Assembly: GCA_900088475.1 (NCBI GenBank)
Contig: FLMG01002327.1
Location: forward strand, 1 to 39,329
DNA from: Hyphochytrium catenoides
Taxonomy: Eukaryota; Protista; Hyphochytriomycota
Reading direction: 5' to 3'
Length of the DNA: 39,329 bases
The notes beneath the pieces were generated by a model that was not told the DNA's origin, did no database searches, and saw nothing but the letters and a program-made list of their open reading frames with translations. Made by a program: the position numbers and the translations under genes. Shown here piece after piece: positions 22,413-34,296 of this stretch (position 1 is the first letter of the stretch; each line of letters starts with the position of its first letter).

Positions 22413-24701
22413 ATGAGTTCGTCGACGCTGGAGGCAATGTTCCCTCATATTCCAGGCACGGTGATAGCTTACGTGGTAAGTAACACTGTGACCAAGCCGC
22501 CATTCATCTCTTACCACCGGTTCTAGGTCTCCATGTTTGGCAGTGACCTGAATGCCGCCTCTGCTTATCTGTTGGACAATGATTGGCGTGACATACAGCG
22601 GACCATGGGTAAGGCCAATTGCATCAGTTCCACGTTATGACAAGTTATCTGAGGTGCCTCTTGCGGAATAGAGCGCCAAGAAATAGAAGTTACTCCAGCA
22701 GTCAGAAGCGAGATGAGCAGGGTTGGAGAAGGGACCCCCTCACAGACCACCCGGACATCAGGTGATTATTCTTATCTGACTCTGATTTAACCCTGAAGGA
22801 CGTCCTTCAATGCATGACTGAGACCTATGGGCCCTATGTCTACCTGAACCACTAGGATTAATAGAATCTGAGAACAGAGAAGGCCCCGACCAGACGTCCG
22901 AGCTGGACCTGGGCCACGAGCTGGGAGAAGGAGAGGAGGAGGACGACGATGATTTAGAAGAGGATGACTACGACGATGAAGACGATGAGTTCGACGACGA
23001 GTTACATTATGATGACATGGAAGCACCTAGACACGAAGTTCCTGAGGCCAAAAGGAGGCGAGTGGAAGAGACCCCATCAGAGAGAATAGACCCTAAAGAA
23101 AAGAGGTATTGGGGTTGCTTTGACACACATGTGCTCTCTAAGAGCCATATTGGTAAGGAGCGATGAGGTAGAGCAGAGTCGACACCACTTGAGGAGGAAG
23201 AGTATGGAGTTCATAGGGGACCGAATGAGGAGGCAGGTATGCAAGAGCAACGTCGACACATTTGGGCTTATGGCAAGCTTGTTCAGCCACACTGAAGGCC
23301 ATTGTACTGCATTAGTGTAGGGTCGAGACGACAGCTGAGGACAATCACGGTCATCTTCGGGTGTCTCCCTCCCTATATCAGCTGGGTTTATCTCACATCC
23401 TGTCCCTTCGTCTTCACTCTGTTCAGAACTACTGAATCTCGTGCCGTCGCGACTGTCGCATTCTCGGATCGGCTTGACACGATTGAACGCATTTGAAGCG
23501 CGAGAGGTCCGTGAATGGGCAAAGGGCGTTTCCTGAAGTTGCCTTGATTGATGTGCACCCGGCCTGTCGTTGTTCTTCTGCTAAGCATCTTACCTAGCGC
23601 TGCTTGCAATCCTGAGGGCGTTTGACAACTGCTCTAACCCTTCAAACACTTCTTCCTATGCGACGCAGAGTGAGGCAGCAAGCGTCTTGGCTCACTTTGA
23701 TAGAGTATTTAATTCTACTGAAAAGGGCTATTCTATCAGAGATTTGCTTCTCAACGAGGAGCTGCGACCAGATTTGAAAGCAGTTGGCGGGGCATCGCCC
23801 AAAGCAGGAGGTCAAAAGCTGAGTCTCTACCCTGCTGCCTCTTCTCTCTTCATTCAAGAGCCTGATCTAGAAGATAAACCCGACGGGGACAACTTTGAAA
23901 GCTTTGGCTACTGGGTAACAAAACTCTGCTTCACTAGTCAACCGCATGCATGATCTTGTTACTGTCACTCTATAGCCTTCTCCATAACACCCTACTCATC
24001 GTTTTGTGGTCCATTGCACCTACAGACGCCTGCCGCCTATCACTGCTAAGGCTATCAATGCTAGATCTTTTTTGGCTTCCTGCCCCTACCCGTACATCCT
24101 GAAATCCTTTCACTCTTGATGCAGTGCCACAAGCTCCACGTGGACGACGTGGATGATATCTGGCGGCACATGGTGAATGCGCACTTGTTTGGAAAGCGCT
24201 TTGCTGAGCTTTTCGAGGTCCGAGCTCTCGGCGAGAGCGGATTTGGGCCGACATCCTACTACAGTAAACTTAGAAATGGACATCAGCCTGCGACCGCGTC
24301 TTCGGGTGCTCCGTTCACTCCAATGGTCCTGCTCCTCGTCCCATGTGAAGCCAGAGAGGAGGAGATGCTCCGCATCGGAAAGAACCTTATAAGTGTTCTC
24401 AACCTGAAGCAGCCCATATACTACCAGTAAGCTGAGCGCTTAGCGAATAGGAGTAGAGAGCAGAAGCCAGGAGGAGGTAGTGAAAGAAGTAGAGCTGCCT
24501 GCGTTAATCCATCGAGAGAGGAAGTGGCAGGAGTTAGATGGATGGCACATAAGCTGTCAGATTGGCATTCTGATGGTTGTTTTGTTCATTTGTAGGAAAG
24601 CCGTCGTAGCGAAGTCGCCTAAGGGCCAGGAGGAGGAGCCACGGCTGGGTGGTTTCATGGTGTACAAGATGAACAGAGATGAGGTAACTAGCTTGTCCTA
24701 A
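22413..24701 (+). CDS. CUE-domain protein with an Asp/Glu tract and a C-terminal DUF1917/C11orf68 (eIF4E-like fold)-like region, about 8 exons
   Basis: Exons 22413-22475, 22527-22608, 22672-22761, 22856-23152, 23427-~23506, ~23586/23669-23914, 24125-24426, 24596-24701. N-terminus MSSSTLEAMFPHIPGTVIAYV|VSMFGSDLNAASAYLLD has the CUE MFP and LL motifs. Then EEEDDDDLEEDDYDDEDDEFDDE and a basic KRRR. Later YWGCFD...VPSRLS, FGYW|CHKLHVDDVDDIWRHM and EEEMLRIGKNLISVLNLKQPIYYQ. One internal junction and the last exon (alternative stop at 24430) are uncertain. Confidence 0.7.
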
Positions 24702-25140
24702 TGCTGGTTACATGTTCATTTTGTGCATGACTTTTTGTTCAAGGCATGAACTTTATCAGGCAAAGATCGCGATCTGTCTGCTTAGACCTCTGCCTTCGAA
24801 TAATTCCGCGGGCGATACGTTTCCTTTGGTTTTCTCGGGCCAACGCCGCAATCTTGGTTAATAATCTGTAAACATCGTACTCGTTAGGTCTCGGGCGCCA
24901 ATCTGTCTGGCGCTACCACAGAGGGTGCCCATGGGAAGCCTTCAACCCCATGGACGGCCTATCAGCAACAGCCAAGGCAACCACAGTTTGTCCTTAGCTG
25001 CCTGCAAGGCGGAGAATGGGTGACAGCCCGGGCTGAAGGTTGAGCCTCTGCTTGTAGCAAATTGACCGCCGCTTCGTTTTCTGGCTAATATTTATGGGAG
25101 GAGTCTTTCTTCGGCTTGTCGTTTTAAACCGTATCCAACC

Positions 25141-25200
25141 TTGACATGGGGGCCTCTCCCCAGCTTTTTCTTTGACATGAAAGCCTCTCCCCAGCTTCTT
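25141..25200. repeat. Imperfect 31-bp tandem duplication
   Basis: ttgacatgggggcctctccccagctttttct followed by ttgacatgaaagcctctccccagcttctt. Confidence 0.85.
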
Positions 25201-25462
25201 TTCTCTGGCTCCCTTTGAGGTTGCGTCTCAAAGGAAACACTGCGCGGTAAAGTTTAGTCTTTGTATTGGTCGTGACTTCTTTGGAACCCTCGCCCCTCAG
25301 GCCTTACCATTCCATAATCCCAAGGTTGAAGAATAATACCGACGTATTGATAGCTCGCTGTAAATGTAGATAATCGTTGCTTCAGATGGCTAGATAAGGA
25401 CCTTTCGCTTGCTTTGCACCCTATTGCTTTGNNNNNCTTTATTAGATACACGAGAATCACAC

Positions 25463-28400
25463 TCACTGTGTAAGTCGGTACCTTACGTATGGCAGCTCTA
25501 CTTCGTCTCCCTCCTCGTTGCAGCACGAGACCTCAAGAATGAGGTACTTCTGCTTCTTAGGGATTTGCTTCTTGCTGACTAGCTGCACTAATTCAGTCAT
25601 CTTCATCGGTAACCTCTCCTTGGCCTTGGCCTTGTTCATGATAATGGAAGAGTAAAGAATGCTTACCCCGTAGCTTACCATCTCAACATCCAAGCCAAAT
25701 TCCTGAACGATCAACGAAGAAGCAGGCAGCAACATGCTTGAGACTTTAGGGAATTAGATAACAAGGACGACTTTTTCAGGTGATCAGCAAAACAAGCAGC
25801 AAGGAGGCATACCCCAACCCCAATGACAGCATTGCGGAAGCTCCTCTTATCATCAAGTGTGATGTGTGTCTACGAGTGAAGCATGGAGGGCAATGTAGGC
25901 TCGAAAGAATGGAACCAGAAGGCCGCATACCTCTTGAAAGTAGTCGATGAGCTGCTCCAGGGTGAGCTCTCCCTTGTCAATATCAATGCTGTCCCAAGCC
26001 GTCCATTTCCATTCCTTCCCTCTGATAGTAGCTGTCGTTGAAGCCGGAGGCAGGGGCTCCGAGAACGTGAACAGAGGTATGGCCAGGTTAACAAAGCCAT
26101 TCTTGAAGCTCTCGATGCCCTTTCCTTGCAGCACCTTATAGAACTCTAAGCAGACTAGGCCCGTTACAAGTGCTGTCGTGGTTGCAATCGCCGGGATAAT
26201 TTTTCCTGCTATTCCTCTGCTCTTGTGGAGGTCAGCTTCCTCAATTTTATAGTTCCGAGCCCTAAGATTAGACGTGGCAACGATGACTTCCATGTGCCTG
26301 TCATTATCCTTGTCGAACTCAATGGGAGTCAACCTATAACCAGCTAAGGAGGCAGGCGAGGGGAGCTGTTCTTTGCTAACCTCCCCAGCCTCTTGCGTCT
26401 CCTGCTCCTTCACCTCCTGATCACTAGATGCGATTTTGACGCCTTCTTTGGGGGCAAACTCCGGCACGATGACATTCCGGAGCACATGTTTAAAGTACTG
26501 AATACACGAGAACAAAGGTCAGAAGAAAGAGCGTCAGAGTCTGGCTTGCAAGCGGCATAACGGTAGTGAGATACACACCAGTGGAGCAAAGAGGAGAGAG
26601 GTCAAATGACGAAGCTCAGATAGTTGTCAGCATATTACGGAAAAGGAGTTCAGAGGCTTACCTGATGATCATACTTTCCGCTAAGCCCATAGTTCGTAGC
26701 ACGCAAGTTTGCAACCGACACAACGAAGTCCATGTGTAGTGGGTCCTCCATATCAAAATTGATAGCCAGTGGCGGTCTCTTCGGGCCGGACCAAAAGGGC
26801 GTGCCAGAGGATGTGACGGAATCCAGAGGGAAGTTATGCAGCAGCTGTCTGATCTGATTGTGGAACATATCTTCAAAGCGCAAGCGAGCCCAGGCAATGC
26901 ACTCATCGAAGGTCAATGGCTTCTCAGTGACGAGAGAAGAGTGAATGTTCTGTAAGGTGGTGGCTCTGGTAGCAGACTGGCTGTCGAGCTGGCGGAGGAA
27001 GTCTGGGTTACTGAGGTACTGGTTCACATCCATAGGAATCTGGGAAAAGACACCCTCAAACCAGTCTCTGGCCCACTGCAGCGTGTGCTCTATGGCGTTA
27101 GGAAAGTTCTTGAGAGTACAGATTGGTATGGACTTCTCAGGCGGATCCCGTGAAGCTCCATAGTTCTCAGTAAGATGGGGTACTACTATCTGCGTGTTTC
27201 CCTTGGTTCCGAGAGTGCCAGACTCCAACATTGGGAGGCGGTAGAACAGGCAGCGCTGATCCATGTAAAGGCGCGCGTCAACGTTGTCCAGCGCAGTGCA
27301 GACAGCGGTCAGGGACTCAAAGAAGTCATCATTGAAGGTGCTCTCAGTGTCCGGTCCAACACGAGTCTCATAAGACTTGACCTATGGGATCCAGAGGAAT
27401 TAGCTCGATGCCTTCCACCGATGCCTTCCACCTTCCCCCTCCAGCTCACAAAATATCCTCGCATCCTCCTCTATCCTACTTCACAAACCCGACACTATCT
27501 CGGCGTAGAAACCTGATGAGCACCGATAACGTTATCTCCCTTTCTAACTAATAAGAAAACCGCCATCCCCTAAGAACGGCACATCACTCTTCTCGGTGAC
27601 TTAGTCTTCCTGCCTTCTTCTAGTTCTGTCTTCATCCAACAAATTCCTCTGTCTTCCTCACTTAACATATATAGTCGAAGGCTTTTCGAAGTCCTGTCAC
27701 TGAACTTGCACTTCGTTTCCCTCTGAACTCTCTCTGTTTTCGAAGATAAAGAGAGAACGCTCATACTTTACCTTAACGGCCGGGTTCATAGCTTTTGCTG
27801 CAACTGCTGCCGTGGTACTCTTAGCTTTATGCACATCGCTGGGCCTGAATAGGAATTGCCTGTTCAAGTTACTCTTCTCGATGCGATCCATATCTGTCAC
27901 GTGGATGACCGCCTTATCCGCAGTGCCGACTCCCATGAGGGCCCAGTTTTTGAGCATTTCACACCCTATTGCCCCTGCCCCAACCAAGAAAGGTGTCTGT
28001 TGACTGATCTTTTGTTGAAGCTTTTGCCCAAAGACAGCGATTTGCGCAGCGTAGCGGGAATTCTGCACGTGGTACTCTTCAGGGGCTAAAGGCTCTTCCG
28101 GCAAGCATTCAACGGCATCGAAGTACAGCCACTGATGAATGGGCATAAACTTACCTACAAAATTGCAGTCGTAAGAACCGCTGGAGAATTGATAGCAAGT
28201 ACCAACGGCATGAAGGATGGTAGAAGAACAGAGAGCAAAACAAGATAGGTAAGCGGTAACTCAAGCTGCAAGAGTAGCGAGATTGATAAAAAGATGGCGC
28301 TCTGAGCACAAGCAGGAAAATTGTTATCATTGCTGCTTACCAGAGCACGCTTTCAGCACCTCTTGGCCCGCCACTCCCCCCAAAAACGCGGCCATTGGGT

Positions 28401-29865
28401 TCAGCACGGCTGTGGATCCTAACGCCAGCCATTTCAGAAGCTTTTGATGCTCTTCTACAGACTCCAGTCGGGCTTCGCCTTCGGTAGCCCCATCATTTAA
28501 AGTAGTAGCAATTCGAACGACCTCAGCGGCTTGTCCCAGATCTCCAGGCTGAGGGAGGGTCCCATACTGGCTGCGGAACTGCGCCAGCGCTCTGAACCCT
28601 AGATGTAGCACTTCAGGTCGACCGATTTTACCAAAATCCGTAAGAAGAAACTCTCCTGGGTGGCTTATGGCCTCCCTGAGAGGTTTAAAGTTGAAGGACT
28701 TTGGCTGCTTCTTCTGAGTGACATAGCCGCCAGATTTGTATGTACCCAGACCTTGTGTGTCTCCTATCGTGAAGGTATAGGGTCCCACTACTTTAATCGG
28801 CCGCGGCGCCGCACCATTCAAAGCCTCCATCCCTTGTACTTCTGTGAAGGTGACATAGTCTCCGGTCTCAAGGTTGTGCCGCACATCATCAGTAACTGTT
28901 ACTAGCCCTTCCTCCTCTGACGTGATAGAGGCAACCATACAGGTAATAGGCTCCTCGCCAGTAGTGTCATGCACGGTAAACTCATCGCCAAAGTCGTTGA
29001 AAAGGCACCCAAAAAGCCCGTGACAGTCCACAGATATGAAGCGAACCCCGGTACTGTGGCAGAAGTCGTTCATCTGAAGTTTCTTCTCCAAAGGCAGATT
29101 ATTAACAAGCACCGCGGAGAAGCGCCCTAGAACGTCCTCGGTCAGCTCTCCACTATGGACAGAGACTCGAACGTATTGGTTCAGTTCTGCAAGCTTTTGA
29201 AAGCATGAAGCGGCCTTGGGCTTGCCTAAATCTTTCTCCGTAAGGTAGAACTACACGGTCAAGGTCAGCAAGGAAGGAAGTGAGTTAAAAACGCGAGAAG
29301 AAGGAGGGAAGGCCTAGCGGGAAAGGTCTAGCTGGAGAGCGGATCAGGAGTAGAACCCAGATGAGACGCCATCCATTCGCAAAGAGAAAAATATATAAGA
29401 AGAGAGAGTGCGAGAGAAGACAGTCACATTTTATAGAAGAGAGAGAGAGAGAGAAAAAACAGGGGCTAAGGAAATGTAAAGCCAGAAGTTCAGGACCTGG
29501 GCCCCCAGATCCATCCAGTCGACAGGTTCGTCATCGCAGAGTGTGACGGAGCGCACTCCCGCCAGAATCACATTCTTGGCAGTCTGAGAAGTAGAGACAA
29601 ACCGTAAGCACTCTATGCTACTTGGGGCAACAAAAAAGTTGCTACGGTACTCACCTCAACACCTACTCCATTCAAGCCAACGATAAGGACGTCAGACGTG
29701 CCAAGCCTCCGCTGGGCCTCGTGGCCCATAACATAGAGTTGCCGGCTGTCCAGAGCGCCAGAACTCAGCCTCCGCAGACAGATCCCAGTAACAAGCATAC
29801 ACCACTGACCTGTAAAGCCCTTCATCAATATTGTTTTCCTTAGTCTCCGCCATTTCCTGCGGCAT
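25463..29865 (-). CDS. UBA1: Ubiquitin-activating enzyme E1 (UBA1), multi-exon
   Basis: IDEGLYS|[74 protein letters not shown], catalytic-Cys motif [13 protein letters not shown] (Cys codon 27120-27118), [19 protein letters not shown], and a UFD ending VELPYVRY. Start ATG is 29865 (MPQEMAET) or 29853. Confidence 0.98.
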
Positions 29866-30626
29866 ATTCTCCTTCCCCACTACGGCTTCTCGCCAATCTG
29901 CCAGGGAAACGCAGTCTTGGATGGGGGAGACTTCTGTGAGAAGACAGCTTTGGTAGCTTCGCACGCAGCTTTAGGTGATAGGGGATTCTGACTGTATAGC
30001 CGTCCGACTGCAAGCTTGCGATGGCAGTGCTCTAGATTGTTACAGTTCACGTTGTCGCAGCTGTTGAGATCTAAGAGCTGGTGCAGCGCGCAGCTCGTCA
30101 TCGGAGAGATCTTGGCTGGATGAAGGTCTGGGCGATCTGATGGATCCAGAGGACAGCGCCTTTCCTGCTCTGCGATCATTTACAGTAACTGTATGTAGAC
30201 CACTGTACAGGAATATGGCTGGATTAGCGGGTTCTCATTTAGCATAGTAGGCTTACCTGGTGGCTTTATCCTGAATGACATGAAAAGGGTTACTGAAGGA
30301 TTGATTCTTTTTGGTTTGATCCTCTGATCCTCTGTGGATGAGTTGAGGAGATGTTACAGATGCTGATGGATTTCTGGAGAAGCTGCAGATCTGCGACTTG
30401 TACAAATACCGCTGTGTGACCGATCCGCCGAGTTCCGATCCATGCTCTTGGACCAGACCTGTCTCTTTGCTGCAGGAGACGTCGGTGAATATCAAGCGGC
30501 AAGTGGGGAGCAAACGTAACCCAGCAGGGCACAGCGACTTTTGGAAACTCAGGAAGGCCACTCGTCTGCGCTTAAGTTGACGGTATTGGAGAGAAACGAG
30601 GGACTCCGAAGGCCACGTCAGAGAGC

Positions 30627-33600
30627 ATGTCGGCACTAATAATCTCTTACATGGGACGGAGGGAAAAAGTGAAGGTTACACCGAGCACCCTTATGGTAAG
30701 CGACAAGCTCTCCCTTCTGGCAAGAACAACATTTATTGAACTACCGGCGCAACACTACTGTCCACAGCAATCAGTGCTAGAAGAGGTCTGTCAACGCCTT
30801 GATTTGCCGGTATGATTAGCCGTCTGAGGTGTCGTCCCCGACTAGTTCTGACTGCGCTATCCGGGTCATGCAGGTATCGGCTTACGCCCTTCAGCACAAG
30901 GGCAACGTTGTGGACACATCCTTGCCTTTTCGCTTCACTGGGATATCGAACAATGCAACGGTGGACCTAGTCTTTTCGAAGACGAGAAGAGGTAAGGATG
31001 GACCGGAAGCCGCTTTGCAATCCTTGAGGGGCTAAGCTGGCTTTCACGTCAGATGAAGGAAAGCAGCAGGTGAATGTTCTAATACAGCTCCCCGACGGTC
31101 GAAGGATGCAGGTGCGACCCATCCTCAACTGGCATCACGCTGTCCGAATCACTGACTCCTTCCTCCTAGGATACTTTCTTCAATAGCTCAACATTAGCCG
31201 AAATTCTACAGCACTTCTCCTCTTCAGGCCAGCTCACTTTGAGCACTCCGGTGAGTTCTTCGTTATGATCACGGCATGCAGCGACTGTTCACAGCTGACT
31301 CCTTTTCTCACTCTCTGTCGTACCCTCTCTCTCGCTCTCTCTCCATTTCTCTCTCTTTCTTCTCTATCTCTATCTCTATCTCTCTTTCTGTCTCTCTATC
31401 TCTTCTTCCTCCCATCTCCTATTTCTTCTCTCTCTCTCTTTCTTTATATTCCGGCCTGTCTCGTCTCGCTCTTCGCTCCCTATTATACTGCTACCTTATA
31501 AGACCTCTGTGGTCTATCTTCAAAACGTCATCGGAAGTGATAAGCTATCTTCCACCACGCTTATGAGTAAGGAGCACTGTTTAAGCTTTTGGCCTTGGAC
31601 GTGGCTAACCTGCAGTTCGACAGGTCTCGGGCTCCGTGGAGGCTCTGCGATGTTCCGCATGGTCCCGGACATGTCTTCTTCCTCCAGCAATCCTTTAGAT
31701 GAATCAAAGTCTCCTACAATACCCGTTACGTCCCCTCCACCAGATGTGCCAAAACCGAGCTCACACTCCCTAACTGACCGCAGTCCTGCCATGGAGCCCC
31801 AAATGTAAGAATCCTGAACTCCCGTGCATTCTCCCTTTCCGTACACAGGGGAGCTTGATCCAGTTCTGCTAACGTACTCTTGCTGTCTACAATGTCTGCA
31901 TACTTTTATCCTCGTTCAGCTTTCAATCTGACTTCCAGGCAAGTGGTATTGTCCTATGACCTCGTAGTCATTACCTTCTCACTTGTCACCTTTCAAACCC
32001 GACGACGCTCTTCCGTGCCCCCTCTGCGGTTAAGGTTAAAATTTTCTCTTCATTTGACATCCTGTCACGTAGGACAAGCCAGAAAGCAAGCAAATCGGTA
32101 TCCTTCTCAGCTCCTGACTCAATGGATGTTGAGGAGACCAAATGCGAAACACCCTTCGACGTCTTTGATGGAGTGGAAATGGGATTGAAGACATGTCAGG
32201 CTGCACTGTCTAGGTTAAAGGACAATAGCTTTGATGCTGACTCCCGAGAGACAGTGTTAACCCTGATCAAAATCGTGGATAACATAGTGGGGAAGCCAGG
32301 TTAGTTACCAAGTGTCTCTCTGCTAATGTGCGCTCCGTGCTTTACTGTCGTGATCTTAACTAAGTGCTACGTCTCAGACGATCCTAAGACGCGGTGTATC
32401 CGGATTGCTAACCCAGTCTTTGAGAGAAAGGTGGCACGACAACCAGGAGGGATGGAGTTTTTGCTGGGAATTGGTTTTTTGATCGAGAAGGAGAGCGCCC
32501 AACTAGTCCTACATCCTAATAGAGAGGAGTTGGATCTGCTGCAACGGTAGGGTGTCTCACTATATGTGTTCAAATAATGATAGCTCCCGTACTGACATTG
32601 GTATTTTGTGCTAACTGTCCTTCTAGAGCGCGGGGGTTGTTAGAAACCAATGCGGTGGAGCTTGGGGTGCACAACATTCCCCCAAAGAAAGAACCCCTGA
32701 GACCGCCAAGTACTGCGAACTTTGATCCCTACAGGCCCTTAATCAACAGGAATCAGGTCTCTTGCCGTACCTCACCTCGCCTGAGTAATTAGCCTATTTC
32801 TTCAGCCATCTTGTATCTAATTCAGGCCTTTATATGTCTTTTTAGGTCTCCCTGTGCCTGTTGGCTTTTTGAATAGTCGTTTACCTCTTCAAGGCTGAAA
32901 TTGCTATGTGCATACCTCTTGCTTGTGACTTCTTTCGTTGACGATCTGCTCTTATTACTGATCTGTCAGCCACAGCCACCACGAGAGGAGTCCTTGACCG
33001 AAAGCAAGCTTCGACTCCTTAAAGCGAAGCAAAATACCCTTCTTGCTAGTGATATACCCGACAGAGAAACCCAAGTGTTGCTCCCAAGTCAGAGCTTTAA
33101 CCCCCGCGCCTTCAACGCCGATGTTCTCCACGAGATGGAAAGCTCCAGTGATTCTGCAGTTATACTTGAAGCCGCTAGACGGAAACAAGCAGAGATGAAA
33201 AAGGATGAGGTTAGTGGGGCTAGCAATCGTCTCTCTCTGTCTTCCTGGACATTGTCTCCTTTTCATATTGCGTATCTGGTCTTACGTGACTCCGTGGACA
33301 TCAACTCTCTTTCTGTATCAGATGTTTCGCACGAAGGCAATGCGTGAGCTGGAGGCGCTATCGAAACAAAAGGTTTATAAGAAAGCGTTGATTCGGGTTC
33401 AGTTTCCAGATAGAGGTAAGCGGAAGGTTCGTGTTAAGGGTTAACAGAGGGATTTAACACCGATGACGTCTAGCCATTGTTCAGGCATACTTCCATCCGC
33501 AAGAGAAAATCCAGGCAGTGAAGGACCTGATTATATCCTGTCTCATTGAACAGTGTGTCGCTTCTCCATTTTACCTTTTCGTGAGGTATGCCTAGTAGCA

Positions 33601-34226
33601 TTGTTCCTTCTTCGTACACTCCTGCTTACCTAAACCTTAGCGTAGCATTTGTTCCCAGAGACCTCAACTTAACTTCACTCCTGTGATCAAATCTATTCAA
33701 CGATGGGACTTGATCGAATAACTGTCACACTAACACACGGAATCGCAGTCCACCTATGACGAAGCTTGACCCTAGTAGCACACTGCTTGAGAGCCAGCTG
33801 GTGCCGGCGGCGCTAATTTATCTTGGCTGGGAGCAGCGCGATATGGATACTTCCGTGCCAGGAGTATGCATCAACCCTCAACTGGTAAGTAGCTTCCATG
33901 AAACCTCATTTAGAACTCTTGCAGATGCGACTCGCTTACTCTCTTCTTCTTGTTAAAGCTACCAACCACAGCTGAATCAAAGGACAGCGCCCCTTCCATA
34001 ACGGCCTCTTACCCTGTTGGGCTCTCGTTAGGTATTGTGACCGAAGGCCCTGCTTTTATAATCACCCCGACGCGACGTTTCTTACTCCTACTACCCCTTT
34101 CCCTGGTGACCAGATGAGAAAGTCAGCGCCGCCAGAAGCGCACATTCAACAGTGAGCGGGGGGACCAGAGCTAGTGATAGCAAAGCGGAGGGCAAGCGGA
34201 AAGTACCTAAGTGGTTGAAGCTTTGA
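30627..34226 (+). CDS. ASPSCR1: TUG/ASPL(UBXD9)-type p97 cofactor: UBL1-UBL2-PUB-UBX, multi-exon
   Basis: TUG-UBL1: REKVKVTPSTLM|QSVLEEVC...VDTSLPFRFTGISNNATVDL. UBL2: VLIQLPDGRRMQ...TTLMSLGLRGGSAMFR. PUB: TVLTLIKIVDNIVGKP|DDPKTRCIRIANPVFERKVARQPGGMEFLLGIGF. UBX: FRTKAMRE...YKKALIRVQFPDR|AIVQAYFHPQE...TLLESQLVPAALIY. C-terminus KVPKWLKL*, TGA 34224-34226. Confidence 0.88.
31325..31445. repeat. CT-rich degenerate microsatellite inside an intron of the TUG-like gene
   Basis: Interrupted (CT)n/(CTAT) tract read directly. Confidence 0.85.
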
Positions 34227-34296
34227 GTGCGTTTTCTAATTTACTATGGCACATTTTATCTATTGCTAGCATCAGTCCTGCTTGTGGTCCCAGATG

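Noticed and set aside
23106-23142. A 37-nt intron leading into ORF 23120-23320 of the CUE gene
   Set aside because: It is shorter than the other introns and needs weak downstream sites. Reading through to the strong G|GTAAGG donor at 23153 gives the DUF1917-like YWGCFD..PS motif.
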